This document shows, piece by piece, positions 24,651-38,594 of a stretch of DNA of 51,850 nt. The position numbers and the translations under genes are program-made. The stretch's first letter is position 1, and every line of letters starts with the position of its first letter. Source of the stretch: Octopus bimaculoides (lineage: Eukaryota); the NCBI RefSeq assembly GCF_001194135.2, contig NC_068987.1, positions 86,483,362 to 86,535,211 on the forward strand, in the 5' to 3' direction. A model generated the notes under the pieces. It was not told the origin of the DNA. It did no database searches and saw only the letters and a program-made list of their open reading frames with translations.

Positions 24651-26321
24651 CGTCTGCATTTTAACATTGAATTGTTTTCATAATTCGACGTCATAACATC
24701 AATGTGTGTGTTTGCTTGTGTNNNNNNNNNNTGTGTGTGTGTGTGTACCCGCACATAGAGGGACATTTAAAGGAAAAACAAATATTTGAAATGTAAAGAT
24801 GAAGCATCCAGTCATGTATTGTGTTAGAGATGTCGCTTACATATCAAATAATGCGTCACGATTTTGAAACCAGATTTTCCTTTCTTCTGTGAACTGCTCC
24901 ATTCAGTTTTAGTAGACTCTTTGTATTCTACGTTCGGCTTTGTTCTAAACTAACAAAAGTCTTCTATGATTATGCAAATAAAGAGACATTTGTAGTAGTT
25001 CCATTCACTAATACAACATTAAATTTCGACTGAGGCAAATATCATAACTAAAGTTAAAATAATATAGCTTAAGAATGATGTCTTCTTAATATATCTTGTC
25101 TCTGATTTCCTTCTCTTAGAAATGTCATTTCTATATATCTAAATATATGAGTGATAAATAGAGTAAACTTTATCACACGAATCTTAGTAATATCAATATA
25201 TGCATATATTCACGATTTTACCCAACGTGGACAAGATATAGAATCAGTTTTTTTCCTGTTGCAAATTTTTCCGTAAGGAAGGATTGAAAATGTCTAGGAT
25301 AAAATACGTATGCGTGTGTGTATATATACATGGACGTATGTGCATATAGATACGCGTTTGTGTTCATTCGTGTTTGTATGTATATTCGAAAGACTATATG
25401 GTAGTCATGTGATGAATGAATGAACAAGGGTTTGTGTGTCTTTAGATAAAACAATTGCGTGAAGTATTTTCAACAGATTATTATTCATACGTTTTGATGC
25501 TGGTTGGTGTAGTGAAATGCATGGAAGATAATATATGCATGTTTATCGCTATAAGAAGATACGTTTACTTGAAAATATATTATTTAGTAATTAGGTTGGA
25601 TTTGTCGGAAATATGAGAAATTCGAATTGCATTGACCTCATTTTATATTTGTTAAAAACAAGAACAAATTAAGTTTGTGTAACTTTATAAGATGTTATGT
25701 GATTGTAAAATTATACTTCATTTTTTTTCTTTAAATGCTTAGACACCTAACAAATTTAAAAAAAAAACAAGATGGATGTCAAAGATTAGATAACTAGAAT
25801 ATAAAATTGATGCATGGGCAATAACCCTAGAAGTAGAAGGCAGATGGTTAAGGAAAACTTATCTGAAATTATTCACTGAGGCATTAAAACACAGCGCTCA
25901 GGAACAAGCTGTGAGAACTAGTTACACCAAATTCGAAATAAGTAAGAGTAAGGTGTTTGGCAGTAGTTTCGAATATTACGAGTGAGTGTAGCAAATCGAC
26001 TCAAAAAGAAGACAAAAGAAGCCATGAGAGGACATGAAATGATATGAACATAAACCAGAAGGCATCAGCGAGAATACTGAGTATTCTGTGGGATTTTAGA
26101 ATCCTGTGTCAATCAGTGACTGATACCGATGACCAGGCATTGGTGTAGTTGAGCAAAATCCCTATCATTGGCATTGCCATACCTGGAGATGTACGAGTGG
26201 AAGACTAAGATGGAGAATAGATAGAAAAATGAAAGACACTAAAAATTGAGATTGCACGAATGTGGGCAGTGAAGAAAGTAACTATCATCCTAGTCGTTGC
26301 TGGAACAATGGGAGCATTAAC

Positions 26322-26885
26322 GGATCTTTTTTAAAACGGGGGCCACATTTTTCATTAATGTTTTACGTAGTGTTTTTGGTACCGAAAGACTTTCAAACTT
26401 CGTATACTTATCTATTTTGTGTTATAGAACAGAAAAATATGTTTGTATTCGAATTTATTTCATGTAAAAAATTGTCTTATTTCGATAATTTCAACCAATC
26501 ACTGACAAGTATTCAGTTGTTTACATTTACTCCTTTGGCTGATTAAGCCATAGTTTCGTTTTATTTGCTTTTTTCNNNNNNNNNNCTTTTTAAATTTGCT
26601 GTTTTACCCTAACCCTAACCCTAGCCCTAACCCTATCACCGATAGAATTGTTTCAGAATCGTTTGTTTGTGTAGTCGGCACTTAATGTATATCGGCTGAA
26701 TGGACGTTAGTGATTGGTTGAAATTACAGAAATACGACAACTTTAACATGGAATAACTTAGGGATTTCTTTTTTTTTAAAGAAGACTAAGAGAAAAAGAT
26801 GTTTTATATGACACATTCTACCAGTGTTCCAAGTTTCAAAGTGTTTCGTTAATGAAAAATGTGGCCCCCGTTTTAAAAAAGATCC
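26322..26885. mobile_element. Non-autonomous DNA transposon (MITE), probably Merlin superfamily
   Basis: Perfect 37-bp TIRs GGATCTTTTTTAAAACGGGGGCCACATTTTTCATTAA (26322-26358 / 26849-26885) and an 8-bp TSD GCATTAAC (26314-26321 / 26886-26893). GG termini with an 8-bp TSD fit Merlin. Confidence 0.85.
26607..26635. repeat. Short interstitial (CCCTAA)n telomere-like repeat inside the MITE
   Basis: CCCTAACCCTAACCCTAGCCCTAACCCTA. Confidence 0.85.
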
Positions 26886-27110
26886 GCATTAACAATCAGA
26901 TTTGAGAAAAATCCTTGGAGAAATTGGGAGTGACACGAATGTAGAAAATGCTCAGAAAACTGGTCTATTTTAATTTTGAGATAGTACTTGAACGTTGAGT
27001 ATTCTTGCAAGAGACACCCCGAGATCACTAACAGTAGTTTGCTCTCCACCCTTATAGAATTATACGGAGTAACTGAAGTCAAGAGCTCTGAGAAGTAAAA
27101 AGAAAATATC

Positions 27111-27166
<56 letters not shown>

Positions 27167-28003
27167 GTCATTGTGAACGGCGGGAGATCATTATTGTTGA
27201 TTTGATATACGTGTGTTGAGCTATACAGAGTTATGATAGAAGGTCCAAGAAAACAGGCGGCGTCTTGAAACTTAGAATTTATAAATTCTATTTTAGGACA
27301 TTAGAATGAACAGTGGACACTAGCAGTTTTTTAATTCATATTTGTGTTTCTAATTTGGTTTACTAATTGTAAATAATTACTCCTAGATTATCTTCTAAGT
27401 AACACGTTTTAAAATTAGTTCTAAAAGTAACTTGACAATATATTCACCTATTCTGTAGTCAGTGTCCAAGTTCATTAATACATTATATATACGTATACAC
27501 ACACACATACACACACAAGAACACACGCACAGACACTATGTGCGTGCGTGTGTGTGTGTATGTGTGTGTGCGTGTGTACGTGTGTGTGCGTGTGTTTGTG
27601 TGTGATGTATTTGTTACACTGTGCTTGAGTCTGTACGTTTTGCCATTTAAATTTGTTAGATTAGTGCTTTTGGCAACAGCTTTAATTCGTATATTATTTA
27701 TCTAATCATTCGCATGTTAAAATGAATATAAATGTTCTAATTAAGCAGTATATAAATGAAATAGTGTTTCACTGTCGACACTGACATCCTTGATAAATAC
27801 TTAAACATGTAACTGCGTTAAATGTTAAATAGTTAAATATTTGTCAGTTAGTAAAGCAGATGTTTGGAATATGGATATTGAAAATGTATTTTCTCCCAAG
27901 AAATCTCAAACAACGACTAAGAATATATAAGCAATAATGAAAAAAATAAATGTATACGTGTGTGTTTGCGCGTGTGTATGTGTGTGATTATGCATGTGTG
28001 TGT

Positions 28004-28033
28004 GTAGATAGATAGATAGATAGACAGGCAGAC

Positions 28034-28066
<33 letters not shown>

Positions 28067-28129
28067 CATAGATAGATAGATAGACAGGCAGACAGATAGA
28101 TAGATAGATAGATAGACAGACAGGCAGAC

Positions 28130-28208
<79 letters not shown>
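28004..28208. repeat. (GATA)n/(GACA)n tetranucleotide microsatellite
   Basis: Direct. Confidence 0.95.
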
Positions 28209-28209
<1 letters not shown>

Positions 28210-28929
28210 TAAAAAATTTGTTTTTATGTTCAATTAAATAAAAACAGAGAGAATTATACAACTGCTTTAAATAAAAACAATTCTACATTAATCTCACGGT
28301 TTACTCTCTACTTTGGTAGAGTATAAATTTATTATTCTTATACAATANNNNNNNNNNNNNNNNNNNNNNNNNNNNNNNNNNNNNNNNNNNNNNNNNNNNN
28401 NNNNNNNNNNNNNNNNNNNNNNNNNNNNNNNNNNNNNNNNNNNNNNNNNNNNNNNNNNNNNNNNNNNNNNNNNNNNNNNNNNNNNNNNNNNNNNNNNNNN
28501 NNNNNNNNNNNNNNNNNNNNNNNNNNNNNNNNNNNNNNNNNNNNNNNNNNNNNNNNNNNNNNNNNNNNNNNNNNNNNNNNNNNNNNNNNNNNNNNNNNNN
28601 NNNNNNNNNNNNNNNNNNNNNNNNNNNNNNNNNNNNNNNNNNNNNNNNNNNNATATATATAAAGACACAAAACGCTACCCCTTAACCCTACACTTTGAAC
28701 ACGATCTAAAAAATAAAGATATCTAGTCCTCTAATGCAACCAATTCTTTCCTGGTGAAGATCTCCAGGTTTATATCTAACATAATAAACTCTCCACATTT
28801 ACATGTCTTCTCGGTTAAAACTGGGTATCTATTCATACTCCCGTTTAAGATATATACCAACCTCGGACTACTGAATAGACTTTAACCATTCACACTTAAA
28901 CCTCTCCACACTTCACCCTGAGATACCTT

Positions 28930-30240
28930 AGTCCCATCCTCTTCACCAAACCCTCTGTTATACTAATTTGCCCCTCAAAATACTACTTACGTCGAATTAG
29001 TAAATGCAGAATCGACCGAAATATACCATTATTTAGGAGTAAGGTTAAACTTCCACCGTGGAATTTCATCGGTGACATCATCACTTGGTTCCACTAATAA
29101 TCATCAATTTCATTCAGTTTGATATTTCCAACTAATACTCTTCTGTACCGTCTGTCCTTTTAAATAAGGCCCTAATCTTCGCAAGAAAACATGCATCTTT
29201 TTCCTGATCTAATATCAGCATCAACCTGACGGCTAGGAGATCAGTTATATACCTCAATAATAATTACTAATCCCGAAATTCGTCAGTGGATGTATTTGAT
29301 ATAACTATGGGCCTCTTTGACGCCGTCCAGATTATTGAGCTGCTCAGCTTCTTCCTTCTTTTCTAGATTAGCCAAAACGGACATAACTATCCAGGAGGTT
29401 TGTAGAGAGATGAAGCACTCCTTGCAGTCATCGGTTTATCTCGACCGTCAGTTGAACGCAGCCAGAAAACCTCCCTGTTTCTTGAAAAATTATAAGATGA
29501 CTGTCTTTTTTTAAACTAATACCAAAGTAGCTGATTTCTTATATGTCACTCTCAACATAGATGTAAACTTATATCACCCATTCCATAAACCCACTCAATC
29601 ACTTCAATATTTCAACGTCCTATTCAACCACCCTACACTTAGTATCATCGTAACCAGTATCATTATTACGATTTCTAACTTTACAGTAAATCCTTTCTAT
29701 TATAGGCACAAGGCCTGAAACTTGGGATGGGGGCTCTTATCAATTAAATCGATCCCAGTGCGTAACCGGTACTTATTTCATCGAAATCGAAATAAGGAAA
29801 GGCAATATCAACCTCAGCGGAATTTGAGCTCAGAAAGTGGAGACGGACAAAATGCCGCTAGCATTTTGCCCGGCGTGCTAAGGAAGCTCACGGCTCGCTG
29901 ACTTAAGCTTATTAGTATATCAAGACATCAACACATCTTCAACAATCAAGCCTTGTACCAGATAACCAAGCTCTCCATATCAGTGGCTTGCACAGAAAAG
30001 TCTCCTATATTCGTAACACCAAACTTAAAGCTAAACCCGCATTCCTCTCTCCCCAGTTCAAATCCTGACCCCGCAAAACCTACACCTCAACCAATTTCTC
30101 AGCCCCCGGAGATGGCGGGTTTACAATAATGTTATTATGCATCCTCTAACAGTTGCATAATCCTAGCGATTTTGCACACTCCATCTGCCAACATTACAAG
30201 TATTACGTCGTTCAAACCCCAGAAACAGCTGTCGAGCCTG
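28930..30240 (+). mobile_element. Penelope-like reverse transcriptase relic, interrupted by a SINE
   Basis: Fragments NPSVILICPSK...RISK, IQFDIS, NKALIFARKH, FDITMGLFDAVQIIEL, DFLYVTLN...YHPFHKP...NHP follow PLE RT motif order. Boundaries are approximate. Confidence 0.75.
29700..29905 (-). mobile_element. SINE inserted into the Penelope relic
   Basis: Reverse complement of the 21809-family core (GGTACTTATTTCATCGA...GGAATTTGAGCTCAGAA...GCCGCTAGCATTTTG). Confidence 0.8.
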
Positions 30241-30935
30241 AAATATCATGTCCTCTCCAATTATTTTTGTATATGTTTTTGTTTTCCTTGTAAATCCGTC
30301 CTGTGAATATATAAACACCTATATGCTCATATCTCAATGTCCATCTGAATATTTTTAGTTTTAGCTTATCTATCTATATATCCCTTTGTAGATATATATA
30401 TATATATATACACATTATAAGACCAGAATTCAATTGCATTTATAAAGTAACGCTATCACATTCAACTGAATACCAATTGGACTCTTGATGAAATTGCAGC
30501 GACTTGGGTGCATTTTATTGCATATAGAGCAATGTGCAGGTGCTGCAGTAGAAACATATGTCGGTCATTGTTATATATGCTGTAGAAAACTGTTTAATAA
30601 AACAGATTTGGATACAAGTAAATCTCTACTCATCTCTTGGTTTTCAATTATGTGCGTGCTTGTGTGTGTGTGTGAGCGAGTGCGTGCGTGCGTTCGTATG
30701 TATGTACATATTATATTCTAAGCCCAAATATATTTATTTTTCTATTAGCATCATTAATTCCATATCAGCTAACTGGATACCGCTTATGGCCCCTCTTCGC
30801 CCAGCAGTTTCAATCCATGATAAGTATTACGGAGTGTCGTTTGAGTACTACTACGGTTTTCTATAGATATGTCGTATCTAAAATATTCCATTTTGTTCTT
30901 ATCTCTTATATTACCACATATCTACTGAAACTCAC

Positions 30936-31024
30936 TACATTTGTTTCAATTAACTTTGAAAATGAAGACGAGTCTGGTGAAAAGACATTTCCATTGATGT
31001 CACCTTCTTGCGCAACTGCCATGC
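30936..31024 (-). CDS. Candidate coding exon of an unrecognised gene (GMAVAQEGDINGNVFSPDSSSFSKLIETNV; may contain the start ATG at 31022-31020)
   Basis: Acceptor cctccttgtatttcgcag and donor GTA/gtgagt. Only one of three frames is open over the 89 nt. No homology recognised. Confidence 0.35.
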
Positions 31025-31305
31025 CTGCGAAATACAAGGAGGTTGACCTATCAGAGTTGACATTCTGAGTCATGTTCTTACTTTCAAAAATGAAAAACTA
31101 TTTTCCGTTATAATGGGCAGAAAGAACGTAATTCATGACTCAGTACCATATACTGTACAATTTTAAAATCGATTGTGAAACCGGTCACGCGTATCTTTTG
31201 AGATTTTGAAAATAAAGGTATTACAGATATTTTAATATATAGTGAGATTCTAATTTATTCTCTGCATATTCAGTTTCATTTCTTATACATGTAAGTCAAT
31301 CTATC

Positions 31306-31364
<59 letters not shown>

Positions 31365-33302
31365 ATATGTGCGTGNNNNNNNNNNNNNNNNNNNNNNNNN
31401 NNNNNNNNNNNNNNNNNNNNNNNNNNNNNNNNNNNNNNNNNNNNNNNNNNNNNNNNNNNNNNNNNNNNNNNNNNNNNNNNNNNNNNNNNNNNNNNNNNNN
31501 NNNNNNNNNNNNNNNNNNNNNNNNNNNNNNNNNNNNNNNNNNNNNNNNNNNNNNNNNNNNNNNNNNNNNNNNNNNNNNNNNNNNNNNNNNNNNNNNNNNN
31601 NNNNNNNNNNNNNNNNNNNNNNNNNNNNNNNNNNNNATATATATTCATTTATATAATAATGCATCAGCATTCTTACTTGTAATGTTCATCGGTTTGAAGG
31701 TGCATTATTGTCCTGAAAATGGATGGTTTTACAAGCGAGATTTCGTGGTTGACATGCTTATGTAAGTGCGATAAAAAATAATTTTTAATAAAAATTTTTC
31801 GAAATACTTTACATGACACATTTTGATACATGAACATAGAATTAAGTGCGTTTTGTGTCGTCAACTTAAGAGCCTGGATTGAAAGGAAAATGCAAGAAAC
31901 TGCAAGATTACTCTGCGAACTGAAGACGTGAATCTCATAATAATTTTGGTTTTGTAGCGTTATCAAAACTTCTAATGGAAGAGCAAATGTATAAAGACAT
32001 CTAATCTGCCACCTTCTATACAGTTCAAACAACCAAACTTCTCATATTTTCGATGAGGTACGTATAGTCTATTTCCATAACAAAGACTATTAAACGTCGT
32101 TCTTCTTTACTGATTTTTCAATGACCGGTACTGTTGTTTTAATTGATGCTGCGACACCATGTTTTGATGCTAAATTTTGACCAATATTATAAGCAGATTT
32201 TTTCACTGCTAAACACTAGAAACGTATGGCGATATTGTATTGGTTCCCTATTATGACACCTAGCTGCAAATTCATATGTTGGCAACTGAATTGGTAGTCC
32301 TAAACGTGACAAATAATGCATATGGCCGTGTAATCAATAATGTTGAAATACCAATTAATTAGCTCAAATGCACATCAATAACATCTGTCATTTGTTACAA
32401 AAGAAAAGTGATTATCGAAAGATAAACATGAATTGTTCTTGAAATACCAACTTCTGAAGAAATTATAACGGTTTGTTGAACGCAGGCGAAATGCCAAAGA
32501 GGCAGATCTGCCCAAGAAATTAAAAGCTAAACGAAACTGAAGGTAGTATTGTTAATTGAAAATAAAAGTCTTGAAACTGTCGCTGTAACGCATCAAGTAC
32601 GGGTTTCTATTCAGTGATAAGTCCTATTTTGTGTGAGGTCGTTCTATCAACAATATTTCTACTTGTTTGTTCCAAAGCGTAAGAAAGCATCAGACAGAGA
32701 CAATTTAAATGATTTCATAATACTACTTTGTTCTAAATCACTGCAAGTCTCCACAGAATGACTTGCACTGATTCAGAAAAAACATAAACAACTATTTCAG
32801 TAACAATGAAACTCGCAAAGAGACGCAACTTGCAATTTACATTAATGTGCTTTATTGAGTTTAGGATGATAGTTGCCGCTAATTCTTCTCTTAGTGCTTT
32901 CTAAAGATTGAAAAGAAAAAAACACGAAGCAGTTTTCGGTTTGTCTTCCTTGTAGAGTTTATTAAAGAGTGGAAAAATGAGCATTCATTAAGTCTAGGAA
33001 AATGGTAAACGAAAAAGAAATAAAAATCGGTGATTAGAGATGTAGACCACATCATCCAAAGACAAAACACATTGCATTAAAGAGTAGTTCTTATTATTCG
33101 ACGGAGTTTCGTATATCTACCCAATTCTTATCGCATCGCTTGTATCGATTCGGCACTAATTCTCTCCCGCGCGCCGAACAGTGAAATCGAAGAGAGGAGC
33201 AAGTGATTACAGAATGAAGATTTTAACTGTACGACCATTCACTTGCGTATCAACTACGTTACTCTACGAACACTCGAGTGTATATGTTGTGTTTAGACAT
33301 GG

Positions 33303-33342
<40 letters not shown>

Positions 33343-33366
33343 NNNNNNNNNNNNNNNNNNNNNNNN

Positions 33367-33410
<44 letters not shown>

Positions 33411-34876
33411 TGTGTCTCTGTGTGTATTTGCATATAACATGGAAAGAGTTACGGAAAAAAAGGTTATCGAGGATTGCTCTAAATGGATTACCTTGATAAG
33501 ATTTAAAACTTGATAACCTTCTTGAAAAGGTTATTGAAAACTATACACGCTTTACACAATTGATTTTATTGAGTATTGTGATCTATACAATCTATCTAAT
33601 AGATGTAATCGGCCATAACATTGTCTTGATTCAGAACAATGATGTATAGAATAATACTGGAAATTATTTCACAAAATTACAATATATTTTAAATTCATAT
33701 TAGACGAAGGTTCCCCATAACTTTGGGAACATGTTTCATTTATTCTCATTATTCCTGAGGGAACAGAGAATTATTGAAATATTATGAATAGTTAATTGAT
33801 TCTTCATGCCTCTGATAATAATTGTAAGCCACAACTGTTTCAGTTTTGCTAATGTTTATACGTAATAATTGTATACATCAGAAAAAAAAAACAAGACCTA
33901 AGATACACTGAATATATTGAATAAGTAATGACATGAAAAGACATAAATTTTGGAAGAACATATTCAATATAATCGATTTCCTGGACTGAATTTATTCCCC
34001 CGCCTCGTAGTTGATTGTTTAGAAATCAGAATATAGAAGAACCAAACAATACGAATCATTTTTCCCAAAAGTTTATTGTTTCTACGATTCCACTGCCTTC
34101 GAAACACAAAGAAATACTCGAATATCAATTTGTAAATGGGCACTGCACATTTTATATTCATTGTTACTGTTTAGTCCGATGTTAATTTGATACAATGTAT
34201 GTGTGACCAAGGGTTTCTAAGCAACGATTTGTACAAGGATTTATCCAATATTATCTTCCATTTATAAGCCTGTAGTTTACCGTTTAAAAGAGATTCAGAT
34301 GTGACAGCTTACTAAATTTCGTGATGCGATGAGACGCTCTCTTTCCAATGCGTTCAGATTCACATTTCTCTCAAAAAAAAATATATCTCCAGGGTTACCA
34401 CATAAGACATTTAACTCAGGTGATTCACAGCCAAGTGAACCCCGAACCATGATCTTTTCTCTCCTTTTTGTTGTTGAAAACTTAATAATTCACAACATTC
34501 TACACAGCTATAGCAGAAGACGATTGCTTAAATTTACGCTAGATCTGGAGCGTTCTGTCGAATACGAAACGATGGAGGATAAAGTCGAATGGCCTCAGTG
34601 CACCATATCGTTAAAAAATAAATATCTCAGAGTAGATTGTTAATCTTGCTACAGATGACATCGGATTTGGCAGCAGAGCAGTGTTAAAAAGGTGATTTTT
34701 AACATTTGTTCTTGCACGTAAATGCCGAGATCCAGTTTTACAACCAAGAAACCTTCTTTTTCATACCCCACTTCTAGTACTATTAAAAAATGCGGATTGG
34801 CCGTTGAGGGAAGTTTAACACTAGAATTATTGAACTCAATATTCATCCCACCTGTTATCATACACACTGTGTGTAA

Positions 34877-35092
34877 GGTGGCGAGCTGGCAGAATAGTCA
34901 GCACTCTGGGCGAAATGCTTAGCGGTATTTCGTCTGCTGCTACGTTGAGTTCAAATTCAGCCGAGATCGACCTTGCCTTTCATCCCTTCGGGGTCTATAA
35001 ATTAAGTACCAGTGAAACACTGGGGCCGATATGATCGACTAGCCCCACCCCCTCACTGTTTCAGGCCTTGTGCCTTTTGTAGAAAGGATTAT
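34877..35092 (+). mobile_element. tRNA-related SINE
   Basis: GGTGGCGAGCTGGCAGAA...GTTCAAATTC...AAATTAAGTACCAGTGAAACACTGGGG, same family as 21809. Confidence 0.88.
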
Positions 35093-37379
35093 ACACATTA
35101 TGTGATTACATTAAACAACGTACTATTTTTGAAGACTATAAGAATTGCGTTTTGAAAGAGGTTGCTAGCTATATCGAACAGGCCGACGTGTCGCAGTCTC
35201 GCAGATAATTCCGTGCTAATTATATAAAATATAATTCATACATTTTGTCACAAATTTTTTGATATCCAAATACAACGACGTAAACAAATATAAATATGAT
35301 TTTATGGCTCCAAAATCTTCTAAGAGGATGAATATGTATTCGGTTGAACTAATGTAAACTTTTATGAATCATCAGTAATAGAAAATGCAGCTACAATTTT
35401 CTTTGAATGGAAATATTAAAACTAGTGACAGAACAGGAGGGCCAAATCTTTTAACAAATAGTCCCGTAGCTGTATAGTTTCTCCTATCTGCTTCTCATTC
35501 ACTTACATATTCGACGAAACGTTTGAATACAAAACGATTTAAGTTAAACATAGCCTAACATTGTATGTTCGGAGTGATGCAGATGGAGAAGTTTAATTTT
35601 AGCGCATTAATATTACCTCCACATGAGCGTCAGATGATATCAGGAGCCTTTAACTTTGATGTTGAATTTTCGTTGCCTTGTAGCAGAAATGCAATTCACT
35701 AAAATCTGATTTGCATTAGTTGCACAGTTGTGCATAACTTGCTTTAGTAATGGTTTTCTCCGGCGCTACAAGATATTTGATAGAATCCTACAGTTCCACG
35801 ACTGGAAGTTTTAACTGTTATTTTTGTATTGTGTAAATTAAGGTGCTTCTTAAAATTATCAGACCAGCCTGTATTAGTATAAACAATATATCCTACATGG
35901 AATATTGACTCATTCACTTTCCTCTAAGATTCAGTTACACTTTTAGATTTTGCTGGAACGACCATGTTAATAGGTCCATGAAATCCTTGCTAGTTTTTAT
36001 TTTATATGATGTAGTGGACCTGAAAACGCAAAATTTTAACGAACGAGATTGATAATATGACAATATTCGTTACACACTCCGTATTAAGTGCATTCTTGAA
36101 ATTTTTGAAATCAAAACCCTTGATATGAAAATGAAATTTTTAAAAATCATGAAACTGAAGAAAACGAAGCAATAGAAAAGGGAGGAGAATGGGAAAAAGT
36201 ATTAACTAAACAATGAATAAAATGCTAGCTAACAATACGAATGTTGACAAAATATTTTCAGGTTCACTGTCATGTTGTCTATTGCGGAAACAACGGAGAC
36301 ACAATTAAGATAGAAACAATTTGAGAAAAATGTGCTTGCAGATTTTGAGATTACTGAATAATAAGAATGTCTGTGAGATATCTATTCAAAGAAGTTCATT
36401 ATTTATTCATGGACAAGATTTGAAGAGAAATTTATCTCTAATAAACCTTTAAAAGAATCTTATAAATCAATCGAATAACAATAAATTAAATTTAAAAGTA
36501 ATATAAGCCTGAAATCAAAATCACAATTATATTTCGGATAATTTAAATGAGTGTTAATTGAAGCATAAAAATAGATTTGTCAACGAAGCATGAATATGAT
36601 TATTTATAAAGACATAAAAAATGGAGACTACGGTGTTGGGAGAGTTTCCCAACGTCTAAAACAATTCACAATGTCTTCTAATGGGAATTAAAAGAAAAAA
36701 ATCAATACCATTTCTCCTCCTCCACCATATTTCTCGCTGTCTGTCTGCTTGCCTGTTTCTCTCTCTCTCTCTCTCTCTCTCTNNNNNNNNNNTACTTTGT
36801 TACCGAAGAGCGTTGTTTGCCATAAAGTATCATTTGATTATTAAAAAGAAAAATTTTACAGAAATTTATAATTCATTGAAATCATATGTGTGTGTGTGTG
36901 TAGGGTATTATGCCAAGGAAATTAAACATGTTAAAAATAAGAATTTGGGTATGAAATACAAGGCATGTATATACATGCAAAAGGAGAGAAAGCAAAAAGT
37001 GAAGACCTGCGGACGATAAATATTTAAGTATATATCTATAGATATTTATATTAATAGATCCAACTTACTCAGAATACAAAAAAAAACAGAAAATTAAAGG
37101 GCAACTTCTCTGCATTATGATTTAAAATATATGACCTTCTCTATCCTGATGACGGTTGTTCGATTTGTCCATAACGATTGCTTCTTTTACGTTCGCATAC
37201 TGTTATTATATATATGTATATATAGACAACGAACCACTGGATACATACTGGAAATATGACACTTAAACAGCCGCGCAAGGACTATCGAATAATATAGGAT
37301 TTTGTCCTGAATGATTTCCACCTCAAGACTCATGAGCTTTTCTTTAAAGTCGGCTTAGAAGATAGAACCGATAATTTCA

Positions 37380-37960
37380 TACCACGAACCCCACACCATA
37401 TTAACTTAAAGACTATAAAGAAAATTTTGCTCGAACCCTACCATTCGCCTCATCTTCCCCACAAGCTCTGATACAGGTAGCATTAGTAAAGTTATATTAC
37501 ATAGAATTCTATCCGACCTTCGTTCCAAGATTACACTAAACCTCTGGACTAACACTACTGGAGACATCCAATGTTTTAAATCCTTAAGTCCCAAATGTAA
37601 ATACAAATTCATTCAAGTAGATATAGACTTGTACTATTCCAGCCCTATTCGCCTATCCTACTTAACCAAGATATCAACTTTGCACTAAAACATTCCAACC
37701 TAACTACTGGTGATATCGATAGTGTCCTGGCAGCCCACCGAACTATATTATAAAGTTCTTTGGACAACTTTCGACCCACACATACACCCCTAATAACTAC
37801 TTCGGCACTTCAATGAGTAAAAGCGACTCTGCCCAAGCTACCGTCCTCCGCCGCTGTTACCTGCTCCATTGCCTCAACGAGCAATTCCCTAGTATTTCTG
37901 GTGGTGTATAAAGAGACGACGGTCTGTTTGCGACCCCGAACTCTAATAACTGCGAATTAG
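37380..37960 (+). mobile_element. Penelope-like RT relic
   Basis: NPTIRLIFPTSSDTGSISKVILHRILSDLRSKITLNLWTNT...FKSL..KCKYKFIQVDI, and later RDDGL, match the PLE RT N-terminal and palm motifs. Confidence 0.8.
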
Positions 37961-38529
37961 AACAACAATATTTTATTCGACCAAGATTGTATACCCCCGC
38001 ACCCTCTCACAAAATTACATGCCACTAAATGAAAAAAAAAAAGCATTATATATTTGATTGATTGGATCATCACGATTATTTGATAGAACAATATCCCTGC
38101 TAGTCAATCGTGCTCATACTAAAACCAAATTTCAATTACATATATTCATATAGTCTGGTTATTATATAAGTTTTAACGAGACAGAATTATATTGCGTTCT
38201 AAGAAAATGTGAGATGTGGCGTTATATTGAGTAAAAACGAATGATGTATTTGAATCTACTTCAATAGAACATCTAAAAAGGTGTTACTTGTACAAATATT
38301 TAAATTTTCAGGAGAATAGTTTATTGTTACACCAATGACGTTCTCGGGGACATAAGTGAAGTAGGTGAAGAGAAGCCTATGACTATCGATTAGATGGTTC
38401 ATAATTGTAGCACAATGGTCTACCGAGATTGGCTTAAAGCCAGGCAAACAGATAATAGGGTTTGTAATCAATAGAACTACTCAGTATATACATTTACATT
38501 GATATGAGTCTGTATCTACACACACACAT

Positions 38530-38594
<65 letters not shown>

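Larger units (their letters stand above)
25770..27108 (+). mobile_element. R4/Dong-like RLE LINE 3' portion, interrupted by a MITE, ending in (AAT)n
   Basis: Degenerate motifs across frames: AQEQAVRTSYTK, SECSK..QKE, HKPEG, ILWDFRI, IIGIAIPGDVRV, LKIEIARMWAVKK...VVAG. The sequence resumes after the MITE and ends at (AAT)n 27109-27158. Confidence 0.85.

Noticed and set aside
30222-30233. GAAACAGCTGTC, possible 3' half of a hammerhead at the end of the Penelope relic
   Set aside because: No CTGANGA or stem II upstream.
37146-37175. CTGATGA-CGG...CCATAACG near a Penelope relic
   Set aside because: The GAAA core is absent; too degenerate to call.
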